A DNA stretch of 64,000 nucleotides, from assembly GCA_037129835.1 (NCBI GenBank), contig JBAXUE010000004.1, positions 25,638 to 89,637 of the forward strand, in the 5' to 3' direction. The position numbers were made by a program, and so were the translations under genes. Source of the DNA: a bacterium (GTDB lineage: Bacteria > Patescibacteriota > CPR2 > UBA1875 > CAIMLA01). Below, in pieces: positions 21,106-32,027 of the stretch (the stretch's first letter is position 1; the number at the start of each line of letters is the position of its first letter). Under the pieces are notes generated by a model. The model ran no database searches. It worked only from the letters and a program-made list of their open reading frames with translations, and was not told the DNA's origin.

Positions 21106-21936
21106 TTAATTATCTAATCTATATGCCTTCAGGGTGTTTGATATCAGCATCGCGACAGTCATTGGGCCAACGCCACCGATGCTTGGAGTGATATAGCTAG
21201 CCTTTTTGGAGACTTTATCGAAATCTACATCCCCGACTATCTTGCCTTCTATTACCGAAGTCCCGATATCGATAACTACAGTGCCTTTATTTAGCATACT
21301 CGCCTTGATAAGACTCGGCTTACCGACTGCGCTAATAACAATATCTGAGTTTAATGTTAGTTCCTTTAGATTTTTTGTTTTGCTACTTGCGATAGACACT
21401 GTTGATTTCTCGTTGAGCAGCATGATAGAGAGAGGTCTGCCGACTAGGTTGCTTTGTCCTACCATAGCAACCTTACTGCCCACAAGTGGGATCTGATAAT
21501 ACTTGCACAGATTGATAACTCCTTCGGGTGTTGCTGGGAATAACCCTGGCATTCTTTTCATAAGGCGTCCTAGATTGATAGAATTTAGCCCATCGACGTC
21601 CTTTGCAGGAGCGATCGCTTCTAGCAACTCATTAGTATCAAAAACAACAGGTATAGGTAGTTGTACGATGATACCTGTGATTTTATTGTCATTATTAAGT
21701 TTTTGTATCAGCTGTAGTACCAAGGCTTGTTTGTCATTTTCTTTGAAACGGAACATTTTAAAATCTATACCCACGGCCATACATGCCCTCTCCTTGATTC
21801 CAACATATTTTTCGCTCGCAGGGTCAGAGCCAATAAGAATAACGGCGAGACAAAGACTTAGCTTGTCTTTAACTATATCGGTAGCAACCTGTTCGCGAAT
21901 AGTTGCTGATAGTTCTTTTCCGCTCATAAGTATCAT
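21106..21936 (-). CDS. folD: Methylene-THF dehydrogenase / methenyl-THF cyclohydrolase
   Basis: Domain layout and overall motifs of FolD. Confidence 0.85.
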   Translation of the reverse strand: MILMSGKELSATIREQVATDIVKDKLSLCLAVILIGSDPASEKYVGIKERACMAVGIDFKMFRFKENDKQALVLQLIQKLNNDNKITGIIVQLPIPVVFDTNELLEAIAPAKDVDGLNSINLGRLMKRMPGLFPATPEGVINLCKYYQIPLVGSKVAMVGQSNLVGRPLSIMLLNEKSTVSIASSKTKNLKELTLNSDIVISAVGKPSLIKASMLNKGTVVIDIGTSVIEGKIVGDVDFDKVSKKASYITPSIGGVGPMTVAMLISNTLKAYRLDN

Positions 21937-23003
21937 AATTTTTGTATATACTCCTCATAAACTATTTCTGCCCAATTTTCTTTACCATCTATATATTTAG
22001 GTAAGTCCTCTTTTGCTACAAAAAAACCTTTTAGCTTATCTTCTTCTAAAACCTTGATATTTTGATTTTTTGCTTCAGCAGAATAGACAAAGCCGATGTG
22101 ATGTCTGGAAACTTCTTGTTTATCGTCATACATAAAACCAACTAGCTTAATGTCTCCCAAGCTTTCTACCCAGACTTCTTCGTCGAGCTCACGTCTCATA
22201 CCGCGCTCAATGACGTCTTCGCCCTCTATCTCACTAGTAGAATCAGCAGGATTAATATGCCCACCGACACCAAATGTAAAAGCATTGTGTAACCTTTTTT
22301 CTCCACTACGTGGTAGGCGTTGCATTACAAAATAATTATCTTCATTTTTTATGACTATATAAGGGATTATTTGTTTATAATTCTCATCTTTTTCCGCATC
22401 ATCACGATTCACAAAACGAATATTTGAAAGTATTTTTTTATAAAAAGTAGGATCATATTTTTTATAGCCGATGAAGCTTCCTGCTTCTTTGAAAGTTTTC
22501 TCTGAAATGGCCAAAACCTGTTCTGATATCATTGCTGTATTAAAAGTAGGCTCCTTATGTATCTCAAGGATGATTCCGACCTCATTAATCAACTGGATTG
22601 AATCATCATCTGGGTAATTGTGGATACAGACGATTCTCTTGATCCCTGCGTTTACCATAATCTTGGTACATAAAATGCAAGGTGTGTGAGTACAATACAT
22701 TGTAGCGCCCTGAGTAGTAACACCATGAAGAGCTGCTTGAATTATCGCGTTTTGTTCGGCATGTATGGCTCTACAGATCTCGTGCCTAGTGCCAGATTTT
22801 ATCTTTTGTTGGTCGCGGAGACAACCAAGTTCCAAACAATCCTTAGCTCCCGCTGCTGCGCCGTTATATCCAGTTGAAAGTATTTGTTTATCACGAACCA
22901 AAACAGCCCCGACTTTGTGCCTAAGGCAAGTCGAGCGTTGTGAAACTACTTTTGCAATTTCCAAGAAATATTCGTCGATATCCGGTCTAAGTTGTTGTGC
23001 CAT
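21933..23003 (-). CDS. dCMP deaminase (ComEB-like) fused to a C-terminal Nudix hydrolase domain
   Basis: N-terminal HAEQNAI...CTHTPCILC zinc deaminase motifs. The C-terminal half has the Nudix box [11 protein letters not shown]...[12 protein letters not shown]. Confidence 0.7.
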   Translation of the reverse strand: MAQQLRPDIDEYFLEIAKVVSQRSTCLRHKVGAVLVRDKQILSTGYNGAAAGAKDCLELGCLRDQQKIKSGTRHEICRAIHAEQNAIIQAALHGVTTQGATMYCTHTPCILCTKIMVNAGIKRIVCIHNYPDDDSIQLINEVGIILEIHKEPTFNTAMISEQVLAISEKTFKEAGSFIGYKKYDPTFYKKILSNIRFVNRDDAEKDENYKQIIPYIVIKNEDNYFVMQRLPRSGEKRLHNAFTFGVGGHINPADSTSEIEGEDVIERGMRRELDEEVWVESLGDIKLVGFMYDDKQEVSRHHIGFVYSAEAKNQNIKVLEEDKLKGFFVAKEDLPKYIDGKENWAEIVYEEYIQKL

Positions 23004-23020
23004 AATAGTAATATTTTAAC

Positions 23021-24961
23021 TTAGTTTTGATTGTTAGAGAAGTACCATTTGAGAACATCGTTGGCAACAGGGGCTGCAAATACGTCTCCACCTCCTGCTC
23101 CTTCAACCAATATCGCCATAGCAATAGGCTGCGCTGCATCTTTTGTAAAACAGATAAACCAAGCATGCGACTTGCTATTGTCAGGACCATATTGAGCTGT
23201 ACCTGTTTTTGCATAAACTTCTTTGGGTAAAGTATTCAGCAATCTACCCGAACCCGTTGTTACCGTCTCTCTCATTCCCCTTGTTACAACATCTATGGTC
23301 GCCGGACTTACCACATTGCTTCTAACGACCTTAGGGGTTGTAGTTTTTATAACAGCCCCACTCCCATCAGTAATGCTTTTAACTATGCTTGGTTGATATA
23401 GAGTTCCCCCGTTTGCTATTGCAGCCGTTGCATTTGCCATTTGCAATGGTGTCGCCAAAAGATCACCCTGTCCAATGGCCATATGGTAAGTATCTCCCAA
23501 ATACCAATCTTCATTGAATATTCTAAGTTTCCAGGCCGGATCTGGTATATTGCCTTTTGATTCTCCACCGATATCGATACCAGAATATTCATCAAAACCA
23601 AACTTATCTAGATAGGTCTTAATTTTATCAGGGCCAAGGCCAGTGATACCGCCGTAACCGCCGCCTATTGCGTAAAAGAACGTGTTTACTGAATTCGCAA
23701 TAGCTCCGACCACGTTCACGACACCGTGGCCTCCCGGTTTCCAATCAGGAAACTTAGAACCGCCAACTTCAATACCGCCCGTAGAATTAACTGTGGTGTT
23801 TTCTGTTATATTGCCTTCCTGCAAAGCCGCGGAAGCCACGAAAGGCTTTATCGTAGAACCCGATGGATATTCACCTGCAATCGCTCGATTTAATAGTGGT
23901 GTGCTTGGATCTGTCAATAAGGTCTGATAGTCTTTTTCAGAGATCCCGTTTGCAAATAAATTATTATCATATGACGGGATATTAACTAAAGCTAAAACCT
24001 GCCCATTTTGAGGATTTATAGCTACGGCAGTCGCCTTTGATACCTTTGCCTTATCCATCTGAACTTTCAGTGCATCCGCGATGTGTTTTTGTAATTCTAG
24101 ATTAATTGAAAGTTGGATATTATCACCCGGTATTGGGTTTGTCGTGCCTAAGTCTTTTTTTGTTTTGCCGATTGAGTCTACTTCTGCTCTTACATAACCC
24201 ATTTTTCCACGAAGTGTGCTTTCATAGGATTTTTCTAAACCCGTTTTACCAATATAGTCAGTAAGTAAGTAACCTTCTGTTTTACTAATTTCTTCAGCTG
24301 ATATTCTATTTACATAACCTAGTGCGTGAGACAGCAGGCTAGTATCTAAGTATTGTCTAATTGGATTTACCTCAATTGTCATACCTGGCAAATTTGAAGC
24401 TTGTGATTCTAAAATAATTGATTTGTCTTTATCTATATTTTTAAGAAGCAATATGGGCTGCGTCGAATGTTCGCCTCCTTTGGTTATCTTGTTTTTTAGA
24501 TCATCCAATGATGATCCTGTTACCTTAGCGATATCCGACAGAATCTTTAATCTTTCAACAGTGTCTATGGGTAAATCGTTAGGCGTTATGCTAAGATCAT
24601 AGTTTGGCACATTTTTAACAAGCTCTGTGCCCTTAGTATCATATATTATACCCCGAGGTGCCCTAATCGGAGTTTGATGAACATAATTATTTTCAGCTTC
24701 TGTTAAATTGGCCTTACCACTGAGTATTTCTAAACTAAAAAGCCTACCACTTAATACAACCAAACCCAAGAGGCATACTGCTAATATTATTAAAAATGGT
24801 TCTTTTTTTCGATCATTTTCAATATTGGGAGCCTCAGCGTCTGATGGTAATAAATGTTGCAACCATTTTTCAGAATTTTGATTTGGAGAATTCTTAAGAT
24901 GCCACTTTTTATTACCGCTTTCTAGGTAAATAAGCTTTTTAAAAATATTTTTATCTTTCAA
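23021..24961 (-). CDS. mrdA: Penicillin-binding protein 2 / elongasome transpeptidase
   Basis: STIKPF (SxxK), SVN (SxN) and KTGTA motifs, positioned after mreBCD. Confidence 0.8.
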   Translation of the reverse strand: MKDKNIFKKLIYLESGNKKWHLKNSPNQNSEKWLQHLLPSDAEAPNIENDRKKEPFLIILAVCLLGLVVLSGRLFSLEILSGKANLTEAENNYVHQTPIRAPRGIIYDTKGTELVKNVPNYDLSITPNDLPIDTVERLKILSDIAKVTGSSLDDLKNKITKGGEHSTQPILLLKNIDKDKSIILESQASNLPGMTIEVNPIRQYLDTSLLSHALGYVNRISAEEISKTEGYLLTDYIGKTGLEKSYESTLRGKMGYVRAEVDSIGKTKKDLGTTNPIPGDNIQLSINLELQKHIADALKVQMDKAKVSKATAVAINPQNGQVLALVNIPSYDNNLFANGISEKDYQTLLTDPSTPLLNRAIAGEYPSGSTIKPFVASAALQEGNITENTTVNSTGGIEVGGSKFPDWKPGGHGVVNVVGAIANSVNTFFYAIGGGYGGITGLGPDKIKTYLDKFGFDEYSGIDIGGESKGNIPDPAWKLRIFNEDWYLGDTYHMAIGQGDLLATPLQMANATAAIANGGTLYQPSIVKSITDGSGAVIKTTTPKVVRSNVVSPATIDVVTRGMRETVTTGSGRLLNTLPKEVYAKTGTAQYGPDNSKSHAWFICFTKDAAQPIAMAILVEGAGGGDVFAAPVANDVLKWYFSNNQN

Positions 24962-25458
24962 CCCCTAAACCTTTCCCTGGTTTCTTTCTCTATCCAATCG
25001 AAATATTTTCCGCCAAAACGCAATAATAGAAAAGACTCAGTAAAAACTGCCAAAATATTTATTATTAATAAAATATATAAAGAAACATTTTGATATGAAC
25101 TAATAATAACATCGTAGGAAAAGAATATAGAGATGATATAACCAACTAACACTAATATATATATTGCCCTATTAACACTGTAGCTAGTAAGCTTCGAGAA
25201 TAGAAATTTCGAGAATAGAATAATACTAATAAATAACAAGGTATACAAAGGAAGGGTCAGCCTTGTTGCACTATCATATATAAGCCCTGCCAATAAAGCT
25301 AAAAAATATGGATATATAGTCTTATCCTTTATCGAGATAATCGCCAAATATGGTAAAACTAAAATCGGGGTTGTTAAATATGGCCAAAAATGAGGAAGAA
25401 AACTGATACCCATAATCGATAATGCGAATGTCATTAAAGCGGATGAAAAATATATCAT
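24958..25458 (-). CDS. mreD: Rod shape-determining protein MreD (by position and topology)
   Basis: 166-aa multi-TM protein between mreC and the PBP2 gene. Confidence 0.5.
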   Translation of the reverse strand: MIYFSSALMTFALSIMGISFLPHFWPYLTTPILVLPYLAIISIKDKTIYPYFLALLAGLIYDSATRLTLPLYTLLFISIILFSKFLFSKLTSYSVNRAIYILVLVGYIISIFFSYDVIISSYQNVSLYILLIINILAVFTESFLLLRFGGKYFDWIEKETRERFRG

Positions 25459-26234
25459 TTTTTTACTATCATTACTTTTCTAATTTTAGAAAATTCTACC
25501 ATGGGGTCAAGGCGGATTTGCTGAAATATGGAGCCTGATACTTTTTGTATATCACTTACACGGCCTAAAATAATTCCACTCGGAAGGTTACCACCAAGCC
25601 CAGAGGTAACGACCAAATCGCCTTTTGTGACCTCGTCACCTTGCGGTACCTGGTCTAAAATTAGCCCATTTCCTATAAGTCCTTTTGCTATACCGGTTGT
25701 ATTCTTTGATTTTATCACTGCCGGTATCACGCTATCGCTATCAATGACTAGGGATACGTTTAAATTATTTCCATTTATTTTACTAACACTACCGATTAAA
25801 TAGCCATCAGCAATAACTGCACTGCCCCTTGATATTTGAGAACTATCGTCGACAAAAACATTTATACCGCTACTCAGAGTGGGGTCGAAAGAAGTAATTA
25901 TTCCCGGAAGAAGATTCAAACCACTGCTTTTTTGAAAACCTAGAAGCTTGGTCAATGAGTCATTTTCTTTTTTTGATTCTGCTAAAATTGCATTTTCTGA
26001 CAAGGCTTGATTGAGCTTGTTTTTTAGATCGCTATTTTCTGCCTGTAATGTACCAATGTTGGCAAGTCCTCCGAAGAAACCCGAAATACTTGATCCGGTT
26101 GTTGTAAAAACGAGTTCAACGGGAGTAAATAAATTACCAGCTACTTTAATAATACCTATGTTGAATACAAAATCAAAAACAACTCCTAAGGACAAAATTA
26201 TTGCGATGGTGAGAAATATAAATTTTTTTTTCAT
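25455..26234 (-). CDS. mreC: Rod shape-determining protein MreC
   Basis: N-terminal TM, a coiled-coil (LQAENSDLKNKLNQALSENAILAESKKEN), then a beta-rich domain. Confidence 0.65.
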   Translation of the reverse strand: MKKKFIFLTIAIILSLGVVFDFVFNIGIIKVAGNLFTPVELVFTTTGSSISGFFGGLANIGTLQAENSDLKNKLNQALSENAILAESKKENDSLTKLLGFQKSSGLNLLPGIITSFDPTLSSGINVFVDDSSQISRGSAVIADGYLIGSVSKINGNNLNVSLVIDSDSVIPAVIKSKNTTGIAKGLIGNGLILDQVPQGDEVTKGDLVVTSGLGGNLPSGIILGRVSDIQKVSGSIFQQIRLDPMVEFSKIRKVMIVKK

Positions 26235-26236
26235 AA

Positions 26237-27292
26237 CTAAATTCTCGGTGATTTAGCATATTGAGTCGTAACGAGAACATCCTTTAACAAATCAATGTCT
26301 TCAAGAACTAGACCGGCTCCACGTACAACTGAAGTTAACGGATCATCTGCTATATGTACTGGCATTTTAGTATTTAAGCTCAGAAGCTTATCCAAACCCT
26401 TTAAAAGAGCTCCGCCGCCAGCAAGCACTATCCCTTTATCCATAATATCTGCAACAAGCTCAGGAGGGGTTTCTTCTACGGTCATCCTAACTGCATCAAC
26501 TATTGACATAACTGATTTTGATAAAGCTTGTCTAATCTGATCAGAATCAACAGATATCGCTTTTGGTAAACCAGTAACAAGATCTCTGCCCCTCATTACA
26601 GCTTCGGTCTTTTCTCCAACCGGATATGCAGAACCTATACTAATCTTGATATCTTCAGCGGTTCTTTCGCCGAGTAAGAGATTAAACTCATCTTTTGCAA
26701 ACTGAATAATGTCTTCGTTGAGCTCATCGCCAGCAATTCTTAGTGATCTTGAAGCAACAATCCCACCCAAGGAAACAACCGCTACTTCTGTAGTGCCGCC
26801 GCCGATATCAACTATCATAGAACCTGCTGCTTCCTGTATGGGCATTCTGGCCCCTATAGCGGCCGCCATTGGCTCTTCTATAAGAAAGGCTTGCCTAGCT
26901 CCGGCATTGATAGTTGCGTCCTCTACGGCTCTTTTTTCTACTTCAGTTACTCCAGAAGGTATCCCGATAACAACTCTCGGCCTGGGCATTAAAGTAAAGC
27001 TTTCTTTGTGTACTTTTTGGATAAAATACTTAAGCATTTGTTCGGTAACCTCGAAATCGCTTACTACGCCGTCCACAAGTGGCCTTCTAGCCACAATGTT
27101 TGCAGGCGTTCTTCCAACCATTCTTTTAGCTTCTTCTCCAATCGCAAGTATCTGTTTGGTCTTAACATTAAGAGCGACAACAGAAGGCTCATTAATAACT
27201 ATGCCCTTGCCCTTAACGTATACAAGAGTATTGGCGGTGCCAAGATCTATACCAATGTCATGGCTGAAATAGCCAAAAAATTTATTTAGCAT
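26237..27292 (-). CDS. mreB: Actin-like rod shape protein MreB
   Basis: IGIDLGTANTLVYVKGKGIV... Confidence 0.9.
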   Translation of the reverse strand: MLNKFFGYFSHDIGIDLGTANTLVYVKGKGIVINEPSVVALNVKTKQILAIGEEAKRMVGRTPANIVARRPLVDGVVSDFEVTEQMLKYFIQKVHKESFTLMPRPRVVIGIPSGVTEVEKRAVEDATINAGARQAFLIEEPMAAAIGARMPIQEAAGSMIVDIGGGTTEVAVVSLGGIVASRSLRIAGDELNEDIIQFAKDEFNLLLGERTAEDIKISIGSAYPVGEKTEAVMRGRDLVTGLPKAISVDSDQIRQALSKSVMSIVDAVRMTVEETPPELVADIMDKGIVLAGGGALLKGLDKLLSLNTKMPVHIADDPLTSVVRGAGLVLEDIDLLKDVLVTTQYAKSPRI

Positions 27293-28544
27293 TTAGTGTC
27301 TCCTCGACAGCTGCGATTAATTCATCTATCCTTACTATTTCGCTTTTTTCCGCAGAACGTAATTTTAGTTCAACTGAATCATTATCAAGTGACTTCTTAC
27401 TTATAAGCAACCTTAATGGGCAACCAATAATATCCGCATCGGCAAATTTGGTTCCCGCAGTTTCGTCGCGATCGTCCCACAGAACATCATAACCATGTTC
27501 TAAGAGCTCATTATAGATTTTATCTGCGGTTTTGTTAACACTTTCGTCGCCCAAAGTAATGAGATGAATCTCAAAAGGGGCAATACTTCTAGGCCAAATT
27601 ACACCCGCCTTATCGTGAGACACTTCTGCTACTGTTCCCATTAGTCTGCCAAGACCGATACCATAACATCCCGTCAAAACTGTTTGCCTCTTACCGTCTG
27701 CGTCGGTAAAATCTAGGTCAAAAACACTCGAGTACTTTGTCATATTTTTGAAGATATTACCAACTTCTACAGCTTTGATCTTCTTGAAGTCGGTGTTGCC
27801 GCATTCTGGACAATCTTTTTGAATATCTATAACCTCTTGGTTGATAGCAATTTTGCATTTCTCACACAAATATATAGTATCTTCTCCAGAATCGGTAATG
27901 GTTTGGAATTCGTGTGAAAATTTTGAGAATGAACCGCCAGAGGCGAATGTTAAATATGTCGCTTCACCTATTCCACAACGATTATATATATTAATGTATG
28001 CCTGTTTCATGATTTCATAATAACGATCCAAGTCCTCCAGATTGGCATGGAAGGAATACAAGTCTTTCATTAGAAATTCTTTACCCCTGAGCAATCCAGC
28101 TTTTGCACGTTTCTCATCTCGAAATTTATTTTGAATTTGGTAGACATATTTAGGTAAGTCTCGATAAGAATCAACAAAGTTTTTCATAAGCGGCATCACA
28201 ACCTCTTCGTGAGTTGCACCGAGAGCAGAATCAGTCTTTGAATAATGACTGGTAAACCGATATAGATTATCTTCGGTTTCCCAACGACCAGTTTTTTCCC
28301 AATTTTCTCTAGGATGTAGTGCGGGCATCAGAAGTTCGACTCCGCCCGCTTTATTCATCTCGTCTCGAATAATATAGGCTATTTTATCAATTACCCTTAA
28401 GCCAAGTGGTAGATAGGTATAAACTCCAGCTGAAAGCTGATCAACAAAACCTCCTCGTATTAATAAGTCAGCGTTAATGCTATCTACTTTGTTAGGGGTT
28501 TCTTTGTAAGTTTTTATTAAATATTCACCGTATTTCATTTCCAA
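27282..28544 (-). CDS. proS: Prolyl-tRNA synthetase, short form lacking the editing insertion
   Basis: Class II aaRS with SAGVYTYLPLG and GCYGIGLGRLMG motif 3; 420 aa. Confidence 0.75.
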   Translation of the reverse strand: MEMKYGEYLIKTYKETPNKVDSINADLLIRGGFVDQLSAGVYTYLPLGLRVIDKIAYIIRDEMNKAGGVELLMPALHPRENWEKTGRWETEDNLYRFTSHYSKTDSALGATHEEVVMPLMKNFVDSYRDLPKYVYQIQNKFRDEKRAKAGLLRGKEFLMKDLYSFHANLEDLDRYYEIMKQAYINIYNRCGIGEATYLTFASGGSFSKFSHEFQTITDSGEDTIYLCEKCKIAINQEVIDIQKDCPECGNTDFKKIKAVEVGNIFKNMTKYSSVFDLDFTDADGKRQTVLTGCYGIGLGRLMGTVAEVSHDKAGVIWPRSIAPFEIHLITLGDESVNKTADKIYNELLEHGYDVLWDDRDETAGTKFADADIIGCPLRLLISKKSLDNDSVELKLRSAEKSEIVRIDELIAAVEETLNAK

Positions 28545-29692
28545 AGGCCTTTCAACATACCGATTATATTAAATGTAAATAAATCTTTCACTGTAATAAT
28601 TATTATTAACAATATAAGTACACCAAACCCTGCAAGTGATATTATATTTTTTTTCCGGCTGTCGATCTTCTTGCCCCTTATTACTTCTATTAAAGTTAGT
28701 AATATATGACCTCCGTCTAGTCCTGGTATTGGAAGTATGTTAAAAACGGCTAAACTGATACTCAAAATCGCTGCGAACTGAAGCACATACATAAAACCCA
28801 TGCTTGCAAAATAATTTGTTACCACAACGATACCAACCGGTCCGGAAATATTATCACTAACCTGGAAACGTAATACTAAGTTTTTAAAGAGATCAATAAT
28901 CGCCATAAATGTCATACCGATCGATTTAAACACTTGGCTTGTAGCCGCGACTAGTGAAGAGAATATATTGCCACGAATTACACCTACATTTTCTAGTGTT
29001 ATTCCGATTCTCTGGACATTAATTTCCTTACCGCCTGAATTTACCTTACTTTGATAGGTGGAAATATTTAATTTCTGTTCTTTATTGGCTCTTAGGACCA
29101 GCAATGACACTGATTTATTGCCGTCAGATACTTTTTGTATCAAGGTTATAACTTCTTGCATATTGGCTACTTTAATACCGTCAACCTTGATAATAATATC
29201 GCCAGATTTTAAACCTTGTTTTTCTGCGGGTGCATCTTTTTCTACACCCGTTATTAAAACTTGTCTTGAATCCGTAATATTCGAGTAGTTTTGCATGTCT
29301 GGCAAAATTGGTTGAAAGCCGACTAGGTAGCAAATATAAAGTAAAAATATTGCCAACATAATATTCATAAATACGCCAGCCACTAAAATAAAAAGTACTT
29401 CTATAGGTTTTTTAGAAGCTAGACTTTTGGGATTTGCTTGCTCTTTTACGGCCTCAGATGCTGTCAGGTTTTCTTCGTCTTGACCACGAAGTGTGCAATA
29501 GCCTCCTAGTGGTAATGCGTTGATGGCGTAGACCGTGTCTTTGTATTTTTTAGACCAAATTCTTGGTGGGAAACCAAATGCAAAAGTCTTTACCTCGACA
29601 CCAACTAGTTTGGCAGCCACAAAATGTCCAAGCTCATGGACAAAAACCAATAAACCAAAAACGAATATTAAAGCTAAAATTGTAATTATCAT
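28535..29692 (-). CDS. rseP: RIP site-2 metalloprotease RseP
   Basis: HELGHFVAAK, a PDZ domain, and a C-terminal LDGG motif. Confidence 0.8.
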   Translation of the reverse strand: MIITILALIFVFGLLVFVHELGHFVAAKLVGVEVKTFAFGFPPRIWSKKYKDTVYAINALPLGGYCTLRGQDEENLTASEAVKEQANPKSLASKKPIEVLFILVAGVFMNIMLAIFLLYICYLVGFQPILPDMQNYSNITDSRQVLITGVEKDAPAEKQGLKSGDIIIKVDGIKVANMQEVITLIQKVSDGNKSVSLLVLRANKEQKLNISTYQSKVNSGGKEINVQRIGITLENVGVIRGNIFSSLVAATSQVFKSIGMTFMAIIDLFKNLVLRFQVSDNISGPVGIVVVTNYFASMGFMYVLQFAAILSISLAVFNILPIPGLDGGHILLTLIEVIRGKKIDSRKKNIISLAGFGVLILLIIIITVKDLFTFNIIGMLKGLWK

Positions 29693-30747
29693 GCAATCAT
29701 CTCCTTCGCTTCTGGGAGAAGCGCATATGTTATCTCAATTAATTTAGTCTTCTTGTTTTTGTCAAGCGAGAGCTTTTCGATAGAATCCATTACGATTTCA
29801 ACGGCCTTATTTGCTCTTTGTAGAACAAATTGCTTCGTATCACTTTTATCCAGAAGAGCTTTAACCGTTTCTACCTCTTTATCATTTAAGATACCTTTTT
29901 TAGTATACAGTCTTTCAAGAACTTTTGAGTTTTGTTTATTAGAATTATTATATAAATAAATGATAGGTAGGGTTTTTTTCTTATCGATTATGTCTCTTAA
30001 CTCATCCTTGCCACTTATATCAGCATTGCCCCAAATAGAAACCATGTCATCGAAAAGCTGATAAGCAAGCCCCAAGTTATATCCGAAATCCCAAAGCCGT
30101 TCTTGTTCTTTCTCTGAAACCTGAGCGATAATACCTGCCGATTGTGTAGCAGCTCCAACCAATACTCCAGATTTTCTTCCAAGCATATCAATTATGTTGT
30201 TTTCCGTAATACTGGGATCACTGATTTTCATTTCACTATATGTAAAATCCAAAAACTGGCCTTCAGCGACCTCGAGATACTTTTGGTTTAAGAATTTCTG
30301 TACTCTGATTCCCAACTCTGGATTTCTTGTAAGTAGCCCCTCAAGTGATTTTGATGCCAATATTAGTTGGGCATCGCCGGTATTTATTCCGTGATTAATC
30401 CCCCATTTACTCCAAACTGTTTGCCTGCCTCTTCTTAATTCATCTCCATCGGCTATATCGTCGTGTATTAGTGTAAAATTATGAAATATCTCTAAAGAGG
30501 TTGCAACATCTATTGCCTCGTCAAAACAATTATAATATTCTGCAAACAATAAACAAAGTCCTGGTCTGAATCGCTTCCCCCCATAAGATGTTGTTTTTTG
30601 TAGATTGTCGTCGAGATATCCCATAAAATAACTCATCATCTGGTACATTAATAGATCAGAACAATCATCGATAGTCTGCTTTATGTTCTTATCAACTACT
30701 TTTGTATATTTATCAAAAACGCTTAAAACTTTTTCGGGTTTTTTCAT
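29689..30747 (-). CDS. Polyprenyl diphosphate synthase (trans-isoprenyl transferase)
   Basis: FARM motif LIHDDIADGDELRRG and SARM motif FDDMVS. Confidence 0.75.
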   Translation of the reverse strand: MKKPEKVLSVFDKYTKVVDKNIKQTIDDCSDLLMYQMMSYFMGYLDDNLQKTTSYGGKRFRPGLCLLFAEYYNCFDEAIDVATSLEIFHNFTLIHDDIADGDELRRGRQTVWSKWGINHGINTGDAQLILASKSLEGLLTRNPELGIRVQKFLNQKYLEVAEGQFLDFTYSEMKISDPSITENNIIDMLGRKSGVLVGAATQSAGIIAQVSEKEQERLWDFGYNLGLAYQLFDDMVSIWGNADISGKDELRDIIDKKKTLPIIYLYNNSNKQNSKVLERLYTKKGILNDKEVETVKALLDKSDTKQFVLQRANKAVEIVMDSIEKLSLDKNKKTKLIEITYALLPEAKEMIA

Positions 30748-30752
30748 ATCTC

Positions 30753-31448
30753 CTACTTACCAAAGTTTCTCTTTATTTTACTATAAAATTCGAAGGATTT
30801 CATCAACTCTTTTACGTCAAAATCAGGCCAAAGAGAATCGGTAAAATAAATTTCACTATATGCTGCTTGCCATAATAAAAAATTTGATAATCTTGGCTGT
30901 CCACCTGTCCTAATAATTAAATCAGGATCAGTTTGACCTCCAGTATAAAGGTTGGCGCCTATAGATTCTTCAGTAATCTCTAGATTATTGTCTGCTGCTA
31001 TACAGGCCGCGCGAACGATTTCTGATCTTGAACCATATGAAAAGGCAATATTAATAACATTGCTATTTTTCTTCTCAGTTTCACTCTCAATAGTTGCAAT
31101 TTGTTCTTGTATGTCTACCGGGAGCATATCCGTTTCGCCGATAATATTTACTTTAACGTTTCGTTTTTTGTAACTAGCGATATCGTTTTTAATTACATAT
31201 CGGGCAAGATTCATTATTCCTGAAACTTCATCATCTGATCTATTCCAGTTCTCGGTAGAAAATGCGTATACTGTAACGGTTCTTACTCCAAGCTCAAAAG
31301 ATTTATCAATAATTTCCTTAAATCTTTGGTATCCTTCTTTGTGACCTAATTCAGTAGCAAGAGAATGTTTTTTGGCCCATCGCCTATTTCCATCCATAAT
31401 AAAAGCCACATGACTTGGAAGGATATTCTCACCAAGGCCACTAATCAT
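30753..31448 (-). CDS. uppS: Undecaprenyl diphosphate synthase
   Basis: HVAFIMDGNRRWAKK. Confidence 0.85.
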   Translation of the reverse strand: MISGLGENILPSHVAFIMDGNRRWAKKHSLATELGHKEGYQRFKEIIDKSFELGVRTVTVYAFSTENWNRSDDEVSGIMNLARYVIKNDIASYKKRNVKVNIIGETDMLPVDIQEQIATIESETEKKNSNVINIAFSYGSRSEIVRAACIAADNNLEITEESIGANLYTGGQTDPDLIIRTGGQPRLSNFLLWQAAYSEIYFTDSLWPDFDVKELMKSFEFYSKIKRNFGK

Positions 31449-31449
31449 A

Positions 31450-32007
31450 CTATACTTCCAGTAATTCTTTTTCTTTTGTGATAAGTAATTCTTCGACTTT
31501 TTTGTTGTATCTATCTACAATTTTTTGTATTTCAGCTTCGCCAAAATACATATCGTCTTCACTGATATCTCCATCAGTTTTGGCTTTTTTAATTGCATTC
31601 CAGACTTCAGACCTTGCAGTACGAATCCCAACCTTGGCTTCTTCAGCTTTTTCTTTAGCAATTTTCACGAAACCTTTTCTTCTTTCTTCGGTTAGCTCTG
31701 GGATATTAATTCTAACAACATCACCTGCGTTAACTGGGTTAAAACCCATACCAGAATCTCTTATCGCAGCTTCTATTTGTGAAGTAACACCCTTGTCCCA
31801 AGGTTGAATCAGGATCTGTCGTGACTCAGGAATAGTGATATTGGCAATTTGTTTAATTTGTTGTTTAGAACCATAAGCATCAACATAGATATCATCAACC
31901 ATAGAAACCGAGGCACGTCCAGTATGAATACTGGACAGTTCGGTTGAAAAAAATTCTACTGATTTATCTAACTTTGCTGGCATATCCTTTAAAAATTGAT
32001 TTATCAT
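31450..32007 (-). CDS. frr: Ribosome recycling factor
   Basis: 185 aa with characteristic RRF motifs. Confidence 0.9.
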   Translation of the reverse strand: MINQFLKDMPAKLDKSVEFFSTELSSIHTGRASVSMVDDIYVDAYGSKQQIKQIANITIPESRQILIQPWDKGVTSQIEAAIRDSGMGFNPVNAGDVVRINIPELTEERRKGFVKIAKEKAEEAKVGIRTARSEVWNAIKKAKTDGDISEDDMYFGEAEIQKIVDRYNKKVEELLITKEKELLEV

Positions 32008-32027
32008 AACTTTTCTCCTATTTAATA

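Noticed and set aside
26709-27289. Plus-strand ORFs inside mreB
   Set aside because: They are antisense shadows of a strongly conserved gene.
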